A stretch of 64,000 bases of DNA, taken from the IMG/VR virus record IMGVR_UViG_3300032156_000001, positions 96,001 to 160,000 of that record. The stretch is one strand, 5' to 3'. The notes under the pieces are model-generated. The model did not search any database, was not told where the DNA came from, and saw nothing but the letters and a program-made list of their open reading frames with translations. This DNA is from a virus. Below are positions 57,033-64,000 of this stretch, one piece after another; within the stretch, counting starts at the first letter, position 1; each line of letters begins with the position of its first letter. The position numbers were made by a program, and so were the translations under genes.

Positions 57033-59642
57033 ATGGCTGAAGGCTCGAGGATCTTCGGATCCGTCTCGTACAGGCAGCAACTTCCCGGGGAGTCGGACCC
57101 GTTCGCGTCCGGCTCCCTGTTCTTTTTCTTCGCGACCATAGACGACGCCTTTGCGCACGTCGGCGCCTACTCGCTGCGGCTGCCCGCCGGGCCGCTGATA
57201 CCTGCCCAGGACCTCTACCATCTCGGCTCGATCCCTTTCGGCGCGCGCCCGCTCGGCGGATACCCGGTCAAGTCGCGCGTGCTGGCGGCCTACAGTCCGC
57301 GGTTCAACACCGCCGTCATCCTGGGCGCCGCGCCGCTCGGCCACGCCGACCCGCGCTTCGTGATCCCTGACTCGCTCGTCATGCGCCCGCGTGCGGGCCT
57401 GTGGGAGGACGCGGCGCACAGCCTGCCGTTCAACGACCCGAACTGCGGCTTCGTGAACTCCAGCCTCGGCAGGCCCACGGACACGCTGCCCGGCGACTGG
57501 GGTTCCATCAATGACCTCGGCGTGGCGGTCGGCCTCGGCAGGTTCATGGCGTTCCTGAAGGCCAGCGACCTGGCCAAGGTGGAAGCGTTCTGGGGCGACG
57601 ACCTGCTGCGCATCGTGGGCTACAACTACGAGCGGTTCACCGCCGGCGTGCACGAGCACGGCTGCAACGATGAGGGCGAGTACAGCGAGGTGATGCGGTC
57701 GACGCCGTACCCGTGGGAGGGGATGGGCGTCAAGGCCAAGGATTCCGACGCCGCCAAGGACGAGGACGACAGCGGCCTGAAGGCCGGCTCGGAGAAGGCC
57801 GCCAGGGAGCCGAAGGAGGACGACCAGCTTATCGTGCCGCGGCGGTTCCGCGCGCGCGGCTTCCTCGGCGACGTCGACCGCGACTGGGTCTGCCTGCCCG
57901 AGGACGACCTGGACGTGGAGAAGTACGACCGGCGGACCAAGTATTACGGCCTCCTGGAGGTCCACAGGGGGATCAACGGCTCGTATTCCGTGCGGTCGGC
58001 GAAGGAGATCACCCTCGAGAAGGTCATCCTCATCCCGGTGCCGAAGGAGCTGAAGGCGCCGGAGGACCCGACGGGCGATTCCGAGAAGAGCGGCTACGTC
58101 AACGCCGGCTGGGACGAGGACGTGCCGGAGTTCGAGTGGGGCGACGACACGCCCGACATCCGCGCGGCGCAGCTCTACGACTATCAGGCCTGGCTGATGG
58201 GCCGGTACACGTGCGTGGGCCTCTACAAGCACGAGAAGGACTGGTACTACCCGAACCCGTCCGAGCTGGACGGCATGGCCGACAGGGAGCTCATCGACCC
58301 GTCGAAGCTCCAGATGGAGTACAGGTTCCTGACCGACCTGCCCGCCTACGTCGAGAAGACCATCGATGGCAGGCCCGGCCACACGGTCCGCTACTACAAG
58401 TCCCGCTCCTGCATCAAGCAGCTCGACGACGGCGGGGTCCTGCTGGAGGACGGCTACGGCAGCCAGCTGCTCATGACGGGTGGCTCGATCTTCCTGAAGT
58501 GCGCCGGCGACGTGTGGCAGCTGCCCGGCCGCAACGCCGTGACGTGGGCCCCGCACGACGCCGTCCTGCGCGCCGGCAACAGCGCGGACATCTCGGCGGC
58601 GAAGAAGGACGTGCGGATCAAGGCCGAGAAGAACCTCCACATGCTGGGCGGCAACAGCGGCAATGAGGGCGGCATCCTGCTGGAGAGCCGGTCGATCGGC
58701 AGCAACTCGCCCTCCGACTTCGAGGCCGCGATCGGCGAGAAGGTGGTCAGCTACGGCATCGTCCTGATGTCGCGGAAGTCCGAGATAGACCTGATAGCGA
58801 AGGACATGTACCTGGGCCTGGCAACCGAGAACCCCGGCACGCTGGTGCTCGACTCCGACAAGGGGCAGTTCTACGGCCGCGGCTCCCGGATGGCGTTCAA
58901 CGTGCAGGACCAATTCACTGTCGCCGCCGGCGATCCCAAGCCCGAGAACGTCCTGATCCTGACGCCGGAGAACCTGATGGTCACTACGCCGGCGCAGTTC
59001 GGCGGGGCCGTCCTCATAGCGCCGGTGGACAACAACACGGCGTCGCTGGTCGTCGGCGGCCCGATGAGGGTGCATGAGATCCTGGAAGTCGGCGGCTCGG
59101 TCGTCACTAACACCGGGTTCGTGCAGCACGGCACCGACAATCACGTGTCGCCGATGCAGGATCCCGTCGACCTGGGCGAATCGCCGCAGGACATGGCCGC
59201 CGAACTGGAGACGTACCGCACGCAGGAGAAGGACGACATCGATACGCTGGAGCAGGACGTCAAGACCGACACGGAGAAGCCCGGCAACGAGCGCTTCCAG
59301 AAGAAGGTCGGCTTCTCGTGCCGCGACACCGTCGAGGACATCCGGCTGGACGAGGAGACGTTCAGGCTTTTCGAGGCGCGGTGGCAGCAGCTGCTGCGCC
59401 TTGGCGGGGGCGGCACCAAGACGTGGGACGAGCCGGTCGTGGAGGCCCCCACCGGCAAGCAGACGAGACCCCACCCCGGCCAGGAGGCCTGGGAGGACTG
59501 GTCGGCGTTCAAGACGGTCGAGAACGTGAACTACGATGTCGGCGGCGGGAAGCCCGACGACCGCGACGGCATGACGAAGGCGGGCCAGGCGCCCGACGGG
59601 AAGACGTTGAAGGCGGGGTACGCGATAACCGCCCAGGAGTGA
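57033..59642 (+). CDS. Putative baseplate hub/spike protein (gp5/VgrG-like)
   Basis: 869 aa; beta-repeat region (GGSIFLKCAGDV...SADISAAKKDVRIKAEKNL); position in the tail module. Confidence 0.5.
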   Translation: MAEGSRIFGSVSYRQQLPGESDPFASGSLFFFFATIDDAFAHVGAYSLRLPAGPLIPAQDLYHLGSIPFGARPLGGYPVKSRVLAAYSPRFNTAVILGAAPLGHADPRFVIPDSLVMRPRAGLWEDAAHSLPFNDPNCGFVNSSLGRPTDTLPGDWGSINDLGVAVGLGRFMAFLKASDLAKVEAFWGDDLLRIVGYNYERFTAGVHEHGCNDEGEYSEVMRSTPYPWEGMGVKAKDSDAAKDEDDSGLKAGSEKAAREPKEDDQLIVPRRFRARGFLGDVDRDWVCLPEDDLDVEKYDRRTKYYGLLEVHRGINGSYSVRSAKEITLEKVILIPVPKELKAPEDPTGDSEKSGYVNAGWDEDVPEFEWGDDTPDIRAAQLYDYQAWLMGRYTCVGLYKHEKDWYYPNPSELDGMADRELIDPSKLQMEYRFLTDLPAYVEKTIDGRPGHTVRYYKSRSCIKQLDDGGVLLEDGYGSQLLMTGGSIFLKCAGDVWQLPGRNAVTWAPHDAVLRAGNSADISAAKKDVRIKAEKNLHMLGGNSGNEGGILLESRSIGSNSPSDFEAAIGEKVVSYGIVLMSRKSEIDLIAKDMYLGLATENPGTLVLDSDKGQFYGRGSRMAFNVQDQFTVAAGDPKPENVLILTPENLMVTTPAQFGGAVLIAPVDNNTASLVVGGPMRVHEILEVGGSVVTNTGFVQHGTDNHVSPMQDPVDLGESPQDMAAELETYRTQEKDDIDTLEQDVKTDTEKPGNERFQKKVGFSCRDTVEDIRLDEETFRLFEARWQQLLRLGGGGTKTWDEPVVEAPTGKQTRPHPGQEAWEDWSAFKTVENVNYDVGGGKPDDRDGMTKAGQAPDGKTLKAGYAITAQE

Positions 59643-59666
59643 AAACAGTAACAGGGAGGATCAACG

Positions 59667-60296
59667 ATGGCACAGGGATTCACGCAGCCGGCGGCGGCGC
59701 CGCCGAAGATCGGGCCGACTTTGGCGCCCGCGCAGGTCGATCCTGAGAAGAGGCGGGAGATCGAGGAGCTCGACGCGGTGGCGAAGGAGCTGAAGCAGCC
59801 CATCGAGGGCATCGGCGACGCGCCCTCGCTGCCGCCGCAGGGGGGAACGGCGTATTCGGAGGAGGACAAGAAGTCCTTCGTGCGCGCCATCCTGGGCAGC
59901 CAGCCGTTCGCGAAGCCGTACACCCTGTTCGGCGGCATCAGGGTGACGTTCGTGGACGCGCCGGCGGAGGCGTACGGGATGCTGCCGACCGTCATTAAAG
60001 CCGACATGACCGCCGGGCTCGCGCCGAAGCTGGGGCAGGACGACGACGCGAACGAACTGGTCGCGCGCTACCTGGCGGCGCTGACCGTGCGCGACATCCT
60101 CGGCCCCAACGCCAAGCCGATCAAGGCGTTCAAGGAGCCCGACCTGACGAAGCTGAACGAGCGCGTCAAGGAGCTGCTGGAGCTGCCGCGCCCGCTGTTC
60201 CTGGCCGTCGTGAACGCGGCGATGGACTTCGACTCGCTCATAAACGGACTGGTCGAGCGGGCGGCCGTCGCAAATTTCTGGCAGACCGGTGGGTAG
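59667..60296 (+). CDS. Putative tail assembly chaperone (G-like)
   Basis: GGGAGG RBS; ends just after a slippery heptamer. Confidence 0.55.
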   Translation: MAQGFTQPAAAPPKIGPTLAPAQVDPEKRREIEELDAVAKELKQPIEGIGDAPSLPPQGGTAYSEEDKKSFVRAILGSQPFAKPYTLFGGIRVTFVDAPAEAYGMLPTVIKADMTAGLAPKLGQDDDANELVARYLAALTVRDILGPNAKPIKAFKEPDLTKLNERVKELLELPRPLFLAVVNAAMDFDSLINGLVERAAVANFWQTGG

Positions 60297-60307
60297 GCCT
60301 GGCGGTC
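60272..60307 (+). promoter_or_regulatory. Predicted -1 programmed ribosomal frameshift signal
   Basis: A-AAT-TTC heptamer in frame (60272-60278), 5-nt spacer, then GACCG...CGGTC stem-loop. Confidence 0.7.
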
Positions 60308-60802
60308 GAGGCGGCCGCCAACGGCCGGCTTGATTTCTCCGCCGCCCGCCGGGACGATTGGGGTTGGGAGCTGAAGGAAGCGCTGGTCCTCGAGCGCGTA
60401 GACGCGGAGATATCGGCGCGCCTGGCCGAGGCGACGCACAGGTGGTACTGCGCGGCCGCGCAGCTGACGGGCTGGGATCCCGGCGAGGCGCAGTACGACC
60501 AGTACGCCGAACGCGCGGGGCAGACCTATCTCCGCCTGGGCCGCATCCTGGCCCCGTGGCGGGGCTGGCTCGGCAAGCGCGGCGGCCTGGCGGAACAGTG
60601 GCGTCTGTTCAAGGAGGCCGAGAAGGACCCGAAATATGCGGCCTGGCTGCGCGAGGAGCGCGCGCGGCTGCGGGAACTGGCCGCCGAGGCGGAAGCGAAC
60701 AGGAAGAGCGAGGCGGAGTTCGTGAAGCGGCGGGCGGAGTGGCTGCTGAAGCGGGCTGAGCGAGACCGGGATAGGAGACGGCGGCATGGCGTCGGGTCCT
60801 GA
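60278..60802 (+). CDS. Start-less -1 frame extension (GT-like frameshift product)
   Basis: 175-codon open frame (LADRWVGLAVEAAANGRLDF...RRRHGVGS) with coding-like codon bias and no nearby ATG/GTG/TTG; absent from the ORF track. Confidence 0.7.
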   Translation: MADRWVGLAVEAAANGRLDFSAARRDDWGWELKEALVLERVDAEISARLAEATHRWYCAAAQLTGWDPGEAQYDQYAERAGQTYLRLGRILAPWRGWLGKRGGLAEQWRLFKEAEKDPKYAAWLREERARLRELAAEAEANRKSEAEFVKRRAEWLLKRAERDRDRRRRHGVGS

Positions 60803-61979
60803 CGTGCTGCGGAACAGGAAGGCGGCGCTGCAGCGCCAGGCGGCGGATGAGCCGGAAAGCCGCGTGGCCACGGCGCGCGCGCGCACGGTGCATCACAACC
60901 CCTTCGAGCAGATGCGCCAGATGACCCACGAGCTGGGCAGCTCCATAGACATCATGCGGAAGCTGCTCGGCAAGGACTGGGCCGGCGGCAAGCCGTCCCC
61001 GCCCCTGCACAGTGACAAATCGACAGACCGTGTCATAACGACAAGACTGGGCCGTGGGCGCGTCGCGGCGGGCGTAACGCCCCAAGGGTTGGAGTCTCCT
61101 TACAGCGGCCTCGCCCGAGGCCGCCAGGGCCGCCAGGACGGGCTGATGAGGGACCGGCCTACCAGAGAGGCCTTCGCCACTTTGCTCGCGCCAGAGGCCT
61201 CAGAATCGAGTTCCGGCGTAGAGCGGCTGGTGACCGTGAGAGGCGCCGTACCGCACACGGAACTGCGTAAGGAGCCCGTTCCTGCACAACGAGCAGAACT
61301 GCCGACGGCCGCACGGGTGCAGCAGGTCATGAACGCCGACCTTCTGGCAAGGGGCACCTCGCCCACAGCGGCTAAGCTGGCCGGGCTGGTGAAGGAAGGC
61401 AAGCGGGAAGCGGTGGCTTCGATGCCGGCCAGCCAGACAGTTGCCAGGATCAAGGCGGAGCTGGGGCCGACGGCCGACAGGGCCTTGAAAGCGCCCAATG
61501 TGCAGCGCCTGGCCGCCGCGCGCGACTCACACCGTGACGCCATCCAGAGCCTGCTGACCGGGGCGGCGCGGAGCGGCAGGCTGAGGCTCGACGGCATGCC
61601 GTCTCCAGGGCCCGGTCGCCAGCCGGGGCCGGGCATTGAAACCGCCCTTGAACAACCCGGCGCGGAGGCCACGTCGGCGCTGCGCGGCAACGACGAGACG
61701 CACCTGGAAACGGCCAAGGCCGAACTGATGGAAAGGAGCGCGCCGTCGGGCCGGGCGTCGCTCAGGGAGCACACGGTGGCGACGGCGCGGGCGCAGCCGA
61801 AGGAAACGCCTGTGGAGGCGCCGGAGACGGAGCTGGCGCCCAACCGCGTCACGGCGTCGGCGGCCGCGCTGGCTAAACCGGAGCAGCGCAGGCGGGACGA
61901 CGGGCCGGGTAAGATGACCATAACGATTCGCAATCAGAACGGCCGGCAGCTGCTGACCGGCGACGCGGAGATGAGCTGA
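60786..61979 (+). CDS. Hypothetical tail-module protein (397 aa)
   Basis: AGGAG RBS; low-complexity, helical. Confidence 0.65.
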   Translation: MASGPDVLRNRKAALQRQAADEPESRVATARARTVHHNPFEQMRQMTHELGSSIDIMRKLLGKDWAGGKPSPPLHSDKSTDRVITTRLGRGRVAAGVTPQGLESPYSGLARGRQGRQDGLMRDRPTREAFATLLAPEASESSSGVERLVTVRGAVPHTELRKEPVPAQRAELPTAARVQQVMNADLLARGTSPTAAKLAGLVKEGKREAVASMPASQTVARIKAELGPTADRALKAPNVQRLAAARDSHRDAIQSLLTGAARSGRLRLDGMPSPGPGRQPGPGIETALEQPGAEATSALRGNDETHLETAKAELMERSAPSGRASLREHTVATARAQPKETPVEAPETELAPNRVTASAAALAKPEQRRRDDGPGKMTITIRNQNGRQLLTGDAEMS

Positions 61980-62446
61980 TGGCCGACATCTTCAATTCCG
62001 TGCCTGGCGTGATCGCCGTGCTGGAGGACGAGTTCATCATCCCCGGCCGCGTCCACGTCGAGGGTTTCGAGCCGGAGATGGCGCTCATCTCGGGCATCGA
62101 CTACTCCCAGTTGACGGACCATCAGTTCCAGACGTCGCTGGAGCGCAAAGTTTACATCTACGTGTTCGGCGACGCCATGGGGGAGGTCAGGGTCCACGGC
62201 TTGGCGTTCCCGGCGTTGTGCGACAATATCGGCGGCACGAACGGGCTGATCGAGGTTCTGGACTACTACAAGAACAACCGCGCGTCGGCGCAGCCGACGC
62301 CGGTCCAGGTGTTCATCGGCTCGGACGAGGAGGTCATAACCGGCTACCTGACCGCCGTGCAGATCAGGACGAAGGCGATAGCGGACGATCCTTCGTCCTT
62401 CTTCAGCGCGTGGACGATGATGATCAACGCACTGCCGAGGACGTGA
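61979..62446 (+). CDS. Putative baseplate/tail-tube-initiator protein
   Basis: TGATG coupling; tube-like beta pattern (YIYVFGDAMGEV.V.GL.F). Confidence 0.5.
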   Translation: MADIFNSVPGVIAVLEDEFIIPGRVHVEGFEPEMALISGIDYSQLTDHQFQTSLERKVYIYVFGDAMGEVRVHGLAFPALCDNIGGTNGLIEVLDYYKNNRASAQPTPVQVFIGSDEEVITGYLTAVQIRTKAIADDPSSFFSAWTMMINALPRT

Positions 62447-62447
62447 C

Positions 62448-63245
62448 ATGATAAACCACGGCCGGACGCTCCTTCTCAACCGTGACGGTGCCACCAGGCC
62501 GCCGCTAACGTTCTTCCTGGAGGAATACGTGCCGGCGGACTTCGGCGCGGTGGCGCTTCCGGGCGGGCTGGCGCTGGTGCACGGCCGGCTCATGCCGCCC
62601 GGCGCCGACGACGCTTTCGCCAACCTGATGATGCGCCTTTACATGCAGCTGCTCCATTCCAACGAGCTGGCGGACGACCTCCTGGCCCTGGACCCGAGGA
62701 TCACCTACGACCTGAAGCGCACCGTCGTGGCGACCCGATCGCAGACGGCGTTCTGCCCGCTGACCGCCTCGGCGCGGCCGTACGAGCTGGACTTCGTCGG
62801 CGGCGTGGAGGCGTCGCTGCAGGCGCCGCAGCTGCGGACCGAGTGGATCCTGACGGCGGTCGGCGCGGACCGGGTGAAGGCGGTCCGCGTGTCCACCGGC
62901 GAGACCGCCTATACCGACGTGACGATAACGGACGGCGAGACCAGCCCGATAGACCTGCCCGGCCAGCGCAACTACAAGGCCCGCGTCGGCGGGCTGCCGG
63001 GCGCGCTGCCGGTCGGCGCCGAGTGGTCTGCGCAGACGTTCGTCATCCCGCATATCGACGCCAGCGGCGTGCTGACGCGGCTGGACACGATGGGCAACGA
63101 GGCCCTCATCGACCTGTTCCCCAACCGTGAGCCGTACATCACTTACAAGAAGCTGTGGACCGACCACGTCTACGCCGAGTACAGGCTCGGCGGCGTCCTG
63201 CTCGCCTTCGTCTACCGCGCGGAGGAGGAGCGAACCGGTGGGTGA
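62448..63245 (+). CDS. Hypothetical baseplate-region protein (265 aa)
   Basis: Starts 1 nt after the upstream stop; codon bias. Confidence 0.7.
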   Translation: MINHGRTLLLNRDGATRPPLTFFLEEYVPADFGAVALPGGLALVHGRLMPPGADDAFANLMMRLYMQLLHSNELADDLLALDPRITYDLKRTVVATRSQTAFCPLTASARPYELDFVGGVEASLQAPQLRTEWILTAVGADRVKAVRVSTGETAYTDVTITDGETSPIDLPGQRNYKARVGGLPGALPVGAEWSAQTFVIPHIDASGVLTRLDTMGNEALIDLFPNREPYITYKKLWTDHVYAEYRLGGVLLAFVYRAEEERTGG

Positions 63246-64000
63246 CCCGGTCCAGGCCTTCTACACGCGGGTCCGCGCGCGGGCTTATGTCGGCGGCGAG
63301 AAGATCCCAATCACCGGGTTCCAGGCATCGTACGTGCTGAACTCGGTGCCGGAGGTGACCGTCACCGTGCCGATCGGTAGGACCGGCGACGACTTCTCCG
63401 TGTCGGAGGCGGAGAACCTGGTTTCCGGGCTGTCGCCGTACACCACGCTCCGTGTCGAGCTGGAGGCGACGCCGGACCCGAACACCGGTTCCGCGCCGAG
63501 CGGCAAGGATCCCGGGTTTCCCAGCGGCGTCGTTGACGTGTTCGACGGCTTCATCTCCGAGGCGTCGTACACGCGCGACAGGGTAGCAAAGTCGGTCTCC
63601 GTCACGCTGCGCGGCTTCGGCAAGCTGGGCGCGCTGGGCGGCGCCACGCGCTTCGTGGACGGCCTGATGATAGGCGGCCAGCACAACGGCGAGGAGGTCC
63701 TCAACTCGAACATAGCGAAGCAGAGCATCGGCTTCGTGATATTCAAAACGCTGATGGCCAAGATGGAGTCCATACCGGAGGCCGTCTGGGAGAACGGGCT
63801 CAAGCCGCTGTTCAGCGAAATCATCGAGAAGGCCGCCGACGTCTTCTCGTCGTCCTTCGGGTTCAGGACGGGCGGCGGCGCCAGCTTCGCCAGGCAGGCG
63901 CTGGAGATGATCGACGCGGGCAACAACCGCTTCGACACCGACATGACCCTGCGGGCCGAGTACAACAGCCTGCCGGGCATAGAGAAGAGCATGGTCAGGC
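63238..64000 (+). CDS. Putative baseplate hub protein (partial, runs off the window end)
   Basis: GGAGGAGGAG RBS, GTG at 63238; frame open to the end (VGDPVQAFYTRVRARAYVGGEKIPITGFQASYVLNSVPEVTVTVP...). Confidence 0.6.
   Translation, partial: MGDPVQAFYTRVRARAYVGGEKIPITGFQASYVLNSVPEVTVTVPIGRTGDDFSVSEAENLVSGLSPYTTLRVELEATPDPNTGSAPSGKDPGFPSGVVDVFDGFISEASYTRDRVAKSVSVTLRGFGKLGALGGATRFVDGLMIGGQHNGEEVLNSNIAKQSIGFVIFKTLMAKMESIPEAVWENGLKPLFSEIIEKAADVFSSSFGFRTGGGASFARQALEMIDAGNNRFDTDMTLRAEYNSLPGIEKSMVR

Noticed and set aside
60786-61979. Tape measure protein
   Set aside because: The position fits, but 397 aa is short and no periodic or TM signature was recognised.
2579-63992. Long minus-strand ORFs (e.g. 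2579..4399, 25110..26825, 35868..37388, 40415..42733, 45013..47079, 56964..59474)
   Set aside because: These are antisense shadows of GC3-biased plus-strand genes, with Arg/Ala/Gly/Pro-rich translations and no motifs.
1-64000. tRNA/rRNA genes, integrase, transposase, DGR reverse transcriptase, terminase or portal
   Set aside because: None was recognisable by eye; portal and terminase may lie outside the window or among the hypothetical genes.

Overview
This window is a high-GC segment of a large (jumbo-type) contractile-tailed phage genome or prophage; essentially all credible genes are on the + strand. Layout: (1) 1-2790: a non-coding array with a strict 36-nt period, built from two alternating ~9-nt repeats and two ~9-nt variable spacers per unit. 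It has about 48 units in three blocks, is interrupted by two small genes and ends in an intrinsic terminator. The architecture matches TIGR (tandem interspaced guide RNA) arrays; no Tas effector is recognisable in the window. (2) 2858-12780: fibre and appendage genes, including Gly-rich and collagen-like proteins. (3) 13115-19050: accessory genes, including a glycosyltransferase-methyltransferase-methyltransferase-glycosyltransferase cassette, a metacaspase and a holin-like protein. (4) 19105-41175: probable head-internal proteins plus a divergent multi-subunit RNA polymerase. The polymerase is a beta+beta'(N-half) fusion carrying an intein and an inserted 2H-phosphoesterase-like domain, with a separate beta'(C-half) gene. 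(5) 41168-52819: head module (protease, scaffold, decoration proteins, major capsid, neck). (6) 52929-64000: tail module (sheath, tube, hub/spike, a chaperone with a predicted -1 frameshift, baseplate). Recurrent motifs include an 18-bp palindrome in four copies, poly-Ser tracts in eight virion-module genes, K-x-A motifs in head proteins and sigma70-like promoters. All product calls come from motifs recognised by eye and from gene order; no database search was run, and repeat counts are by eye.
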